In this document: positions 46,343 to 55,868 of the stretch, one piece after another | Position numbering within the stretch: position 1 is the stretch's first letter | Layout: each line of letters begins with the position of its first letter | DNA from: an uncultured Candidatus Cloacimonadota bacterium | GTDB taxonomy: Bacteria > Cloacimonadota > Cloacimonadia > Cloacimonadales > TCS61 | Reading direction: 5' to 3' | Length of the DNA: 64,000 nucleotides | Assembly: GCA_964604155.1 (NCBI GenBank) | Contig: CAZRXY010000101.1 | Location: forward strand, 307 to 64,306 | The notes under the pieces: model-generated | Database searches by the model: none | Seen by the model: the letters and a program-made list of their open reading frames with translations, nothing else | Told to the model about the DNA's origin: nothing | Position numbers and translations under genes: made by a program

Positions 46343-47350
46343 TCAGATTTCAATCAGGGTATGTTTTGTTTTATCGATGATCTCTAATATTTCTTCTTTG
46401 CTCAAGAGCAGTTCACCATTATGTTTTCTTAGTTTCAACCTTCTGATGTTGTCATCAACTTCTTCGCGGCTGATTTTCACAATTTTTTTACAGAATTTAA
46501 AATCGGAGACGATTCTGATTCTTTTCCAGTCTGCGAGCTGGATATCAATAGAAATCACGTAAGGTACATTGTTTTCCAGCAAGTATATTGCATTAAGCCT
46601 GTATAGTCCGGGATTTAGGAATGATAATTCATAGCTGTGAACTTTATGTACAATTCTGGCAGTTTTTAGACTGTCTAAATGTTTGTCGGAATCCAAATAT
46701 TTACCGACTTCCCTGAAATCCTGAGTTTCCAGTGATTGCTTTAGTTTCTCAATTAAGTACATGATATTTCGATTCAATTTTGTGCCTGGTACCTTACAGA
46801 TGATCTTAAAATTTCCGGTAAATTTTATATAAAGAATAATTTCCTGCCTGATATTATAGAGCTTTGGGATAATGCTGTCTTCGGACAGATTATAGATTTC
46901 AGCCAGATATCCTGCATCTTTTTCCTGAACATAATAATCTCTTGCCAGCTCACGATCCGATTCACAGAAAATCTCAGGAGGTATCTCACTGATGATTTTT
47001 TCCAGATTAGGGTGGTCAATCAGGTCAGGATAATTTTCTGCCTCGCTAACTGCACCGATAAGCTGCAAAAACTCGGTATCACTTTTTAACCTATCGAGCA
47101 TCTGTAGCGAAAAGTTCCGTGCTACCTGATAAACCCATTTATCTGGTTTCTCCACCCGCTCTTTCCAGAGAAATAATTTAATAGTGGTTAATTGAGCTAT
47201 CTCCTGGGCAATATGAGACTTATGGCAGAAATGCTCACCGATAGTGAGTGCCTTCTGGTAATAATGTGAATAAAAACTATCCTCAGAAAATTTATTTTGC
47301 CAAGCCTCGCTCAAAATAACTCCTTTTAATATCTCTTTTGGGATGATCAA
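46343..47350 (-). CDS. ECF-like sigma-70 family protein with ~160-aa C-terminal extension
   Basis: Region-2-like: IAQEIAQLTTIKLFLW..PDKWVYQVARNFSLQMLDRLK. Region-4-like: ISEIPPEIFCESDRELARDYYVQEKDAGYLAEIYNLSEDSIIPKLYNIRQEI. The remaining C-terminal half is unassigned. The start is uncertain: TTG at 47350, or TTG at 47314, which is preceded by aaaggag. Confidence 0.5.
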   Translation of the reverse strand: MIIPKEILKGVILSEAWQNKFSEDSFYSHYYQKALTIGEHFCHKSHIAQEIAQLTTIKLFLWKERVEKPDKWVYQVARNFSLQMLDRLKSDTEFLQLIGAVSEAENYPDLIDHPNLEKIISEIPPEIFCESDRELARDYYVQEKDAGYLAEIYNLSEDSIIPKLYNIRQEIILYIKFTGNFKIICKVPGTKLNRNIMYLIEKLKQSLETQDFREVGKYLDSDKHLDSLKTARIVHKVHSYELSFLNPGLYRLNAIYLLENNVPYVISIDIQLADWKRIRIVSDFKFCKKIVKISREEVDDNIRRLKLRKHNGELLLSKEEILEIIDKTKHTLIEI

Positions 47351-47462
47351 TTAAACCCGGCACCCCTAAGACACCTTGATAGTGAAACCTCTCTGTAAAC
47401 GAAGATATTGTCAAGATTAAAGTTATAGCTGCGGTTTCCTATCCAGGGAGTAAAATAAACCA

Positions 47463-47485
47463 AGATCGCCGATCTATTAATAGAT
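47463..47485. promoter_or_regulatory. Two overlapping perfect palindromes upstream of the ECF-like gene (candidate operator)
   Basis: AGATCGcCGATCT (47463-47475) and ATCTATTAATAGAT (47472-47485), read directly. They lie ~115-170 nt upstream of the candidate start codons. Confidence 0.3.
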
Positions 47486-48102
47486 AAAATCTTAAAGAGC
47501 TTATTTTGCCACTATGGTATAATTTTATTTACATAGTGTGCATATTTGATTAGCTCCATTGTTACAAATTCTTAAAAAGAGGTGCATGAGGATTAGTTAT
47601 TCATTACGCATCACGAATTTTCTAATTAAGAGTCCTCTAATCAGCACCATTTTGAACAAGCTCCGAACTCAGTAACCACTCCACATTCCCTGTCCGCTAT
47701 ATTTTCTTCTCTGATTCCATTATTAACTCCTTTCTTTTTTTAAGAATCCACTTTTTCAAGGACGCGGTATACTTATCACTTCTTACTCCCCACATAACAC
47801 GCAGAAATACAACATGTTACACTATACAAACAAAGAGTGGCACTAAAGTGACACCGTATATGATTTATATATATAGTTTTAAACTGTGTCTGCCACACTT
47901 TTTCCTTTTTTCTGAAATATATTTACACCTTTTTGATTTTTTTGTAACTCATTCATCCAATCCAGGCAAATCAACTTGATTAATTATTCTCATAAACTGT
48001 ACCAGTTTAAAATGCAGACTTCACTCCGTATTTCTTACTAGGATAGATGATAGCTCGGTGGTAATAATAGAGTTACACAGGCAGCACCGGGCAAATGTAT
48101 TA

Positions 48103-48867
48103 TCAATAGAAGAGATTCAGATACGATCCCAATAACCAATCACCAAACAGTGTGTGAATGAATGCTCCAGTGATGAGAAATGGGCCAAAAGGAATTTCTC
48201 GGCTTCTATCTTTTCCTGAAATGATCACGATAGAAAGAGCAATGGCTGCGGCGATAAATATGGTGAACAGCACCCCATAAACGCCCAGGAAGGCACCAAT
48301 AGTGGCAATAAACTTGATATCCCCCCCTCCCATAGCTTCTCTGTTTAGCGAGTGGCTCACAGCTAAGGCAAGCAGGTAGAAGAAAAGAAAACCGGCACCT
48401 GCACCGGCAAGTGCTGGGAAAATATTTATATCTGAGGATTTTGCCAGAGCAAAAGCCAGACCGATGATCAATAGCGGGAGCGAGAGTTTATCGGGGATAA
48501 TCTGATGATGCAGATCAATAAAGAAAATGATAATAGAGAAACTGAAGAACACGAGATATTTGGCAAATACGATATTGAATTCATTTCCGAATCTCCAGAA
48601 AAGCAGCAGCCAGATAAGAGGTGTGATCAATTCCACCAGAAAGTAATTGAGTTCCATTTTTTCCCCACAATATTTGCATTTACCTTGCAGCAAGATATAG
48701 CTGATTATAGGAATATTATGGTAAGATTTTATATAGGCATGGCATTGTGGGCATTGCGATCTGGGTGTAATGAGTGAGAGCTTTCTGGGAAGCCTCCAGA
48801 TGCAGACATTAAAGAAGCTGCCAAAAGCAGCCCCGGTGATAAAGATAAAGAAATAGATAAGTGCCAT
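48103..48867 (-). CDS. pilD: Prepilin peptidase / N-methyltransferase (A24 family)
   Basis: Zinc-binding CPQCHAYIKSYHNIPIISYILLQGKCKYCGE. Catalytic Asp contexts IIFFIDLHHQIIPD and GGGDIKF. Confidence 0.9.
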   Translation of the reverse strand: MALIYFFIFITGAAFGSFFNVCIWRLPRKLSLITPRSQCPQCHAYIKSYHNIPIISYILLQGKCKYCGEKMELNYFLVELITPLIWLLLFWRFGNEFNIVFAKYLVFFSFSIIIFFIDLHHQIIPDKLSLPLLIIGLAFALAKSSDINIFPALAGAGAGFLFFYLLALAVSHSLNREAMGGGDIKFIATIGAFLGVYGVLFTIFIAAAIALSIVIISGKDRSREIPFGPFLITGAFIHTLFGDWLLGSYLNLFY

Positions 48868-48893
48868 AATAACCTCTTATTTTATAGATAATA

Positions 48894-48920
48894 AAAGGCT
48901 CGGGTCAAGAAGACCCGAGC
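48894..48920 (-). terminator. Hairpin with short U-tract between pilC and pilD (intra-operon terminator/attenuator candidate)
   Basis: Minus strand reads GCTCGGGTC-ttctt-GACCCGAGC-c-TTTTatt. 9-bp stem at 48898-48906 / 48912-48920. Confidence 0.45.
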
Positions 48921-48951
48921 ATTAAAGAGTACTGCCAGAATTTCGCAGGGG

Positions 48952-50205
48952 CTATTTTGCACCAGAAGAGATGGCAAGTCCAAGATTGAAAATTGGCAGA
49001 TAAATAATAATAACTATAGTGCCGACTACAGCAGCCATAAGCACAATTAGAAGTGGTTCTATGAGTGATGAAAGTCTATCGATCACAGAATCCACGAGTT
49101 TTTCATAGAACTCAGCAGCTTTAGCAAGAAGCCTGTCCATGTCACCGGTTTCTTCACCGGTAGCCACGAGCTGCAGGAGCGTAGGAGGAAATACACCGGT
49201 TCTTTTGAGTGCTCCAGCTACCGTGTACCCCTCTTTAACAAGGTCACGTGCTTCGGCAACTGCTTTTTCCACAACTGCATTTTGTACTACATCCTGAGAA
49301 AGCTCCAGCGTGTCCATTATAGGCACACCGGCAGTCATCAAGATGCTGAAAGTCCTGGAAAATTTACTGAGAATAGAATTCTTCAGCATACCACCGAGTA
49401 CTGGAATATGCAATATCATTCTATCTATTATATATCTTCCGCGATCGCTAAGATAGATGAGGAAGACCGCCATAACCAGAGTAAGAATTATGAGGAAGAA
49501 ATAAAAGAGGTTTGCCCCGATCCAGTCAGCAACGTAAATTGCAATTTGAGTAGGTACAGGCAAATCTGCATTAAAATCTTCATATACTCTGGCAAACATG
49601 GGTATAATGAAATAGAATAGAATAAATGTTACCAGTATGAGGAAGAGAAGTATAAAAATCGGGTAGGTGAGAGCTGAAGTAACTTTTCTTTTGGTGTCTT
49701 CCAGTTTTTCCAGATACACGGCAAGTTCATCGAGCACTGTATGCAGCGTACCAGAGACTTCACCCGCTTTCACGAGAGAAACATACAGAGGATTAAAAAT
49801 ACCCGGGTGTTCTTCGAGCGCCTCTGAAAGGCTAAAACCCTTTTTGATGTCATTAGCAATTTTAACGAGCACTTTTCGGAATTTGTTATTCTTCTCGCTC
49901 TTTTCCAGATTGCTGATGGATTTTTCTATTGTAAGACCTGCTGAGAACATCGTAGCCATCTGTCTGGTGAAGAAAACAAGGGTCTTTAAGCCTACACCGG
50001 TACGCCATTTATAAATTTGCAACATCAATTTGTCAAATAGAGACATCTTTCCCCTGAAGGAACCTTCGGCAGCAGACTTCACTGTGATGACAGTATTGCC
50101 TTCAGCCGTCAATTTATCAACGGCTTCATCCAGTGAATTTGCCTTGATGATACCTTCGGAGCGAGCCCCTTTGACATCCTTAATAATATATTGAAAAGCA
50201 GCCAT
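48952..50205 (-). CDS. pilC: Type IV pilus platform protein (GspF/PilC family)
   Basis: 417 aa with duplicated T2SSF repeats (FTRQMATMFSAGLTI and FSRTFSILMTAGVPI) and 3 TM helices. Confidence 0.9.
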   Translation of the reverse strand: MAAFQYIIKDVKGARSEGIIKANSLDEAVDKLTAEGNTVITVKSAAEGSFRGKMSLFDKLMLQIYKWRTGVGLKTLVFFTRQMATMFSAGLTIEKSISNLEKSEKNNKFRKVLVKIANDIKKGFSLSEALEEHPGIFNPLYVSLVKAGEVSGTLHTVLDELAVYLEKLEDTKRKVTSALTYPIFILLFLILVTFILFYFIIPMFARVYEDFNADLPVPTQIAIYVADWIGANLFYFFLIILTLVMAVFLIYLSDRGRYIIDRMILHIPVLGGMLKNSILSKFSRTFSILMTAGVPIMDTLELSQDVVQNAVVEKAVAEARDLVKEGYTVAGALKRTGVFPPTLLQLVATGEETGDMDRLLAKAAEFYEKLVDSVIDRLSSLIEPLLIVLMAAVVGTIVIIIYLPIFNLGLAISSGAK

Positions 50206-50238
50206 ATATTTTCCTTCTGCCTGATTACAAGCGCTACA

Positions 50239-51945
50239 CTATTCCACGACGGTAAATTTGATCACTTCGTTGATGGAAGTGTGTCCATCTTTCATTTTTA
50301 GGATGGCACTATCATGCAAAGAAAGCATGCCATTTTCAAGAGCAGCGTCGCGGATAAGGTCTTGATTAGCACCATTAAAAATGAGATGTCTGATCTTTGG
50401 AGTAACTTCGAGCATCTCAAATATTCCGGTTCTACCTGAATAACCGGTATTATCACAATGGACGCATCCAGTACCTTTCTTGAAATTAATTTTATCAGCA
50501 TCTTCTCTGGTCATCCCGATGTCTGCAATTTCCTGATCTGTGGGCTTATAATCCGCTCCACAATGAGGACAAATCCTTCTCACCAGTCTCTGTGCCATCA
50601 CAAGATTGAGAGAACTGGCAACGAGATAGGGCGGGATGCCAATATCGATTAAACGAGTAACGGTAGAGGGAGCATCATTAGCATGCAAAGTGGTGAATAC
50701 AAGGTGTCCCGTAAGCGAGAATTTGATGGCAATATCTGCAGTCTCGTGATCACGAATCTCACCTATGAGCACAATATCAGGGTCCTGACGAAGTACAGAC
50801 CGCAGCGCTCTGCCAAAGGTGAGACCAATCTTTTCATTAGCCTCAATCTGACAGATGCCATCAAGCCTGTATTCCACGGGGTCTTCGACGGTTACGATAT
50901 TGTTCTCAATATCCATGATCTCTTTAAGGGCAGCATGTAAAGTAGTAGATTTTCCGCTACCGGTAGGACCTGAAACTATATTAATCCCATAAGGTCTTCT
51001 GATCCATTTTTTAAACATATCCAAGTTATCTGAGGTGAAGCCAAGAGTAGTGAGCGTGAAGCCAAATTCGCCTTTATCCAAAAGACGCATAACTACCTTT
51101 TCACCAACAACAGTAGGCGTGATAGACACTCGAACATCTACGCTTTTAACTGCAGTTTTAAGAGAAATATGACCATCCTGTGGCAATCTTCTTTCTGCAA
51201 TATTCAGTTTCGACATCACCTTAACAATAGATACAAGTCCCGGGTGCATATGAATGGGAGGAGACATTACTTCACGCAGAGCTCCATCTATACGGAATCT
51301 CACGCGAGTATTTTTACTCAGAGGCTCGATATGAATATCGGTGCAACCAGATTTTATGGCTTCGGTGATAATGAGATTGATCAATTTTACAACCGGTGCA
51401 TCTTCATCACCTTTTGCATCTATACTGATCTCATTTTCGTCCTCATCTACAGCAACGAATTCAAAATTACCAACGGCATCCTCAACCTGTGAAGAAGTCC
51501 TGATTGATTTATAGTACCTTTCCAGGGTATCAGTAAGCACACTGTCGCCGATTAAAAGTGGAGTGATCGGCAGATCAATGATCTTTTTTAAACTGTCCAG
51601 AATACCAATATTTTCAGGATCGGTCATTGCCACAAGAACACTCGTTTCCGTTTTCTTAATGGCAATACACCTGTTTTCCACAGCAAAGGGTTCCGGTATA
51701 ATTTTTACGACAGACACATCGAGGCCGAGGAGGTCATCCTCAGCCACCAATGCGATATCAAGCTGCTGCTGCAAAGCTTTTAGCAGGTTCTTTTCTGATA
51801 AATAACCGAGCTTTACCAAGGTCTCCCCGATCTTTAGTCTGAAATTGTTTTGCTTCACCAGCGCTTCTTTCACCTGATCTTCAGTGACGAAGCCCAAATG
51901 AACCAGGATCTCACCTAAACGGGCAAATTGGGGATTAAATGACAT
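50239..51945 (-). CDS. pilB: Type IV pilus assembly ATPase (GspE/PilB family)
   Basis: N-terminal T2SSE_N-like LGEILVHLGFVTEDQVKEAL. Walker A SGPTGSGKSTTL. Asp/His boxes. Tetracysteine CPHC..CVHC. Confidence 0.9.
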   Translation of the reverse strand: MSFNPQFARLGEILVHLGFVTEDQVKEALVKQNNFRLKIGETLVKLGYLSEKNLLKALQQQLDIALVAEDDLLGLDVSVVKIIPEPFAVENRCIAIKKTETSVLVAMTDPENIGILDSLKKIIDLPITPLLIGDSVLTDTLERYYKSIRTSSQVEDAVGNFEFVAVDEDENEISIDAKGDEDAPVVKLINLIITEAIKSGCTDIHIEPLSKNTRVRFRIDGALREVMSPPIHMHPGLVSIVKVMSKLNIAERRLPQDGHISLKTAVKSVDVRVSITPTVVGEKVVMRLLDKGEFGFTLTTLGFTSDNLDMFKKWIRRPYGINIVSGPTGSGKSTTLHAALKEIMDIENNIVTVEDPVEYRLDGICQIEANEKIGLTFGRALRSVLRQDPDIVLIGEIRDHETADIAIKFSLTGHLVFTTLHANDAPSTVTRLIDIGIPPYLVASSLNLVMAQRLVRRICPHCGADYKPTDQEIADIGMTREDADKINFKKGTGCVHCDNTGYSGRTGIFEMLEVTPKIRHLIFNGANQDLIRDAALENGMLSLHDSAILKMKDGHTSINEVIKFTVVE

Positions 51946-51959
51946 TTATGCAGCTCCTC

Positions 51960-54452
51960 TTAGTCTGTGTATCTAAACAAGGTTATCGTCTGATTTACAG
52001 ATGTATTTGTTCCAAATATATTCGCTGTTATTGCAGCAGAAGTCATTCCCGGAGGTGCCGGAACCGGCGGCAGACATTCATATTTATGGAATACTACCCA
52101 CTTATAAAGCCTGCCAAGATGATTTTCATACCAGCCAGTGTAGCCGTCGTGAGGATCTCCATCAAGATTAAGCCCATCCCAATCGTATGCTTGAAGCACT
52201 ACAGGATCGGTTATATCAGATTCCAGAGGATGAATATCTAAATCAGTGGGCTCGCCCAGCGACGATGTAAAGAGTATTCTCTGGTTATTAACAGGATTTC
52301 CCTGACCATCATGGACAGTTACACGACACTGGGTGAGCTTATCTTCCATATCACCTTCGATAATCCAGTCGAGATGGGCAGGTACGCAAACCATGGTGAG
52401 CTGTCCCATCTGAAGCGGGAGCAGCAGGTCTCCTTCAAAGGTGATTTCAGAACCTACATCTACCTTGACATGGACTTTTTCATTAGTATATGAACCATCA
52501 TAGAGCAGGTATGAATAAGCAGTTCCTTCCAGGGTGTCGCCATTAGCATTCTCATTACCCACAAAGGCATTAGCTGCTACGATAGATGCATATTGAGGGA
52601 CTGGATCAAGATAGAAATATGCTGCAGTACCATTGCCAACGGGGTTACCTTGATCATCAGTGATCAGGGCAGCTATCTGCACTCTCCACATACCACCACC
52701 CATATCGTCTCCACTGTCGTATCCGCCAATAGTAAATTCACAATTGCTGGGAGGTCCGGCTTGAACGATGATATTTGGCTTGGAAGCCGAGATCACAGTA
52801 CCTTGCAGGTTCTTGCACCAGGCTCTAATCTTAATAATCCCCGAATCTGAACCGCTGTTTACTGAAACAACCGCCACTCCATTGGAAGCAACTGTACTAG
52901 TGGAATCTGAGAGATTATAGACAACATTATTTATATTGCTGCCCGTGTTCCAATTTCCTTCAGGTCTCACCTGGAATTTAAACCAGACTTCCACCGGTGA
53001 ATCTATCATGTTCCCATTCATATCAAACAGGTTAACGGCTAATTCTGCCGATTCTATACCACCTGTACCTTGAACGTCTATTGAAATCTGCTGCTGATTA
53101 ACAAACTGGATAGAATTGACGTCGTCAGATATTACTGTGATAGCAGTGGTAGCTGCCGCAGAATCCACTACTGCGCTGATCTGAGCAACTCCTGCCTGTA
53201 TTCCAGCAGAATAAGTGGCTACCGCTATTCCACCTTCAGCGAGAGGAACAGGGCTCATAATACTGCCAAGATCACTAGTGAAGCTCACCACATAGTCACT
53301 TCTGACGGGATTGCCAAAACTGTCTCGCACGTAAGCCCATACATAAAGGTCTTCCGAACTGTTAACCGGGATGACGCTTTGAGGTTCATTATCCGCATTT
53401 CTGGGGATAAGTGTCATCTGAGTAGGCCTTCCAGCCAGGTAAGTGAGCTCCTGAGAATCAGACATCATGTTTCCATTGCCATCACTATCTATTATAGCAG
53501 TAACCGTTCCGGTTCCCGCCTGGGTGCCGGCATTGAGAAATGCTCTGGCAGAACCATTAGATGTTGAAGATGTTACGGATTTTCCCAGATATGTCTGATC
53601 AGACTGGCTAACCTGGAAAAAGCCTAATTGAGTCTCAAAAGTTATTTGTGTACCGTTAGGTACAGGACCTGTTACATTTGCTGCGGACGCTTCAATTGTC
53701 CGCACCTTATTTATTGTGATATCATTGCTCACCACATCCAGTTCGAGACTTGTGACCACTGGCTGCGGAGCGATAACCACAGAGATAGTGGTATCTGTAA
53801 CGCCTACGAAGGCATCTATAGAAGCTGTGCCGATGATACCTGCATCCCAGAATGTGCTTTTGGCAATACCACTGGAATCTGTAGGAACACGCGTGATAAT
53901 ATTGCCAATATCAGCTCTGAAATATACATCTTCATTAGTAGCTGCAAAGCCATCCTGATCCTTTACTCTCACTTCAATTATACTTGATGTGATTCCATTA
54001 TCGAGATATATAAGACCCGGAGAAGCACTAATTCTATCTATTTTTAGATGAGGATTAGATTTTATTTCTACGGAATCTACTAATACCTGGGATGAACTGC
54101 TACCCTCGACAGTTGCAGTGATATGAGCCATACCTACGCGTCCATCATCATTAAAATGGGTGGCAGCTACGCCAGATTCATTCGTGTATACTTTGCCCTG
54201 GATGTATCCCAAATCTGCTTGAAATGATACTGGAATCCCAGTTGCAGGATAACCCTCATTATCTTCAACAGTCACTCGGACTTCTGAATTTGTGGTTAAA
54301 TTTTGATCTGCATATAGTGATCTGGGGTTGATGACCATTGAGGTGATCTCATAATTGATGGTATCACCTTTCCTGGTATCACAGCCAGTAAAAAGCAGAA
54401 TTGCCGGGATAATTACAGCAAAAAGTATTACCCTTGCTTTCTTGAACTTCAT
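51960..54452 (-). CDS. 830-aa lipoprotein built of repeated bacterial Ig-like (Big_1/invasin-like) domains, encoded inside the pilus operon
   Basis: Lipobox ILLFTGCD. At least six ~95-aa repeats share the pattern ..S.V.V.V.D..G.P......V.F.ADLG.I......T...G.A...F......G.A.I.A.V (for example EVRVTVEDNEGYPATGIPVSFQADLGYI and IIEVRVKDQDGFAATNEDVYFRADIGNI). It lies 3 nt after the pilQ stop and 14 nt before the pilB start. Confidence 0.7.
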   Translation of the reverse strand: MKFKKARVILFAVIIPAILLFTGCDTRKGDTINYEITSMVINPRSLYADQNLTTNSEVRVTVEDNEGYPATGIPVSFQADLGYIQGKVYTNESGVAATHFNDDGRVGMAHITATVEGSSSSQVLVDSVEIKSNPHLKIDRISASPGLIYLDNGITSSIIEVRVKDQDGFAATNEDVYFRADIGNIITRVPTDSSGIAKSTFWDAGIIGTASIDAFVGVTDTTISVVIAPQPVVTSLELDVVSNDITINKVRTIEASAANVTGPVPNGTQITFETQLGFFQVSQSDQTYLGKSVTSSTSNGSARAFLNAGTQAGTGTVTAIIDSDGNGNMMSDSQELTYLAGRPTQMTLIPRNADNEPQSVIPVNSSEDLYVWAYVRDSFGNPVRSDYVVSFTSDLGSIMSPVPLAEGGIAVATYSAGIQAGVAQISAVVDSAAATTAITVISDDVNSIQFVNQQQISIDVQGTGGIESAELAVNLFDMNGNMIDSPVEVWFKFQVRPEGNWNTGSNINNVVYNLSDSTSTVASNGVAVVSVNSGSDSGIIKIRAWCKNLQGTVISASKPNIIVQAGPPSNCEFTIGGYDSGDDMGGGMWRVQIAALITDDQGNPVGNGTAAYFYLDPVPQYASIVAANAFVGNENANGDTLEGTAYSYLLYDGSYTNEKVHVKVDVGSEITFEGDLLLPLQMGQLTMVCVPAHLDWIIEGDMEDKLTQCRVTVHDGQGNPVNNQRILFTSSLGEPTDLDIHPLESDITDPVVLQAYDWDGLNLDGDPHDGYTGWYENHLGRLYKWVVFHKYECLPPVPAPPGMTSAAITANIFGTNTSVNQTITLFRYTD

Positions 54453-54455
54453 TAT

Positions 54456-55847
54456 TTACTCCTCTTCGTTTTCTTCAATCAAAATCCGCTTGTCGAGTCT
54501 CTCATCAGTTATCCTGATTTTGTATTCTTCGTTGATATCAACAATTCTGGGAGTAACTTCTATGATCAAATCTGTTTTTTCCATCGAGATATTCTTATGC
54601 CGGAAAAGTCCTCCGATAAAAGGAATGTCGCTCAGGAAGGGGAGATTGCTGTTTGTTGTGATAATATTTGTGGAAAGCAATCCGCCGACAACTATTCTCT
54701 GACCATTTGGCACAGTAACTGTAGAAGTAATTTTTCTTACTTTGGTGCGGGGAATTCTGCCCTGCACAAGTTCGGTTACTGAGCTCACTTCCGGTTCGAT
54801 GATTGTGGTAATCTGATTATCACGATTCACTGTAGGACGAACTCGTAACATGATTCCCACTTCTTCACGCTCAACCTGAATCTCATCATCCTCATCACGG
54901 ACTACATAAGGCACTATCTCACCTATATGGATATAACCCTCTTCTCCGTTCAATGAAGTGATGTGCGTGTCTGTGAGCAATTCCGCAGCATTATTCTCCA
55001 ATAGAAAATCCAAGGTGATATCAAATGCTGTCAACTGACGCGAGAAATGACCGATGTCATTAAAACCATCAAGTTTCTGGAAATATTGATCATCAGGAAC
55101 TACGTTAAGGTCTTGCAGATCACCATGAGGTGACGAACCTGTATCATCCGTATAGCCATAAGGCAGTCCAATTCCCTTGGAATTAGTGGGATCCTCTGCT
55201 ATTATCGTTGTGAGACGGTTAAGCCTCTGCCAGTCGATACCATACTTCTCTGCTTCGGTAACATGCACTTCAATCAATCTGGCGCGGATTTCGATCTGTT
55301 TTTGAGGAACATCTATTTCCTCTATTTTTTTGATAATTTCGGCATAGGTCTCAGGATTTGCCCTAATTACAAGTGCATTCTGACCCTCTATTTCTGAAAA
55401 CATTCCAGGCATAGATTTCATTGCGTCAACTATCTTCGTTGCATCTACATAATTGAGGTGAACTACATAAGTGCGTTCCCCTATCTCTTCATCAATCTTC
55501 TGTTTATCGCCAACGATAAACGTTTTCTCTCCTATCAGTCTGTATGAAAGACCGACAGATTTAACTACCAGGGAAAGTGCCTGCTCAATCGGGACATCCT
55601 TGAGATGGATAGTGATTTTCTTGTCTGCAGCACTATCACCTTCTTTTTCATCAGTCGCCATGGCGAGAACGATATTGCAATCACTCATCTGTGCCATGGT
55701 CGCAATAATGTTGGAAACCTTTCCATCCGTTGCATCAAGGCTGATTTTGTTATCCAGAAGGTTAGCTGCCATCAGGGAAAAAGACCCCGTAAGCAATATA
55801 ACTATTATGCAAAAAGATAACGATGCTTTAATGTTGAACGATTTCAT
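54456..55847 (-). CDS. pilQ: Type IV pilus secretin
   Basis: Signal peptide. C-terminal secretin domain VTVPNGQRIVVGGL..SNLPFLSDIPFIGGLFRHKN..EKTDLIIEVTPRIV. Confidence 0.85.
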   Translation of the reverse strand: MKSFNIKASLSFCIIVILLTGSFSLMAANLLDNKISLDATDGKVSNIIATMAQMSDCNIVLAMATDEKEGDSAADKKITIHLKDVPIEQALSLVVKSVGLSYRLIGEKTFIVGDKQKIDEEIGERTYVVHLNYVDATKIVDAMKSMPGMFSEIEGQNALVIRANPETYAEIIKKIEEIDVPQKQIEIRARLIEVHVTEAEKYGIDWQRLNRLTTIIAEDPTNSKGIGLPYGYTDDTGSSPHGDLQDLNVVPDDQYFQKLDGFNDIGHFSRQLTAFDITLDFLLENNAAELLTDTHITSLNGEEGYIHIGEIVPYVVRDEDDEIQVEREEVGIMLRVRPTVNRDNQITTIIEPEVSSVTELVQGRIPRTKVRKITSTVTVPNGQRIVVGGLLSTNIITTNSNLPFLSDIPFIGGLFRHKNISMEKTDLIIEVTPRIVDINEEYKIRITDERLDKRILIEENEEE

Positions 55848-55868
55848 TTATACTCCTTTGATACTTTA

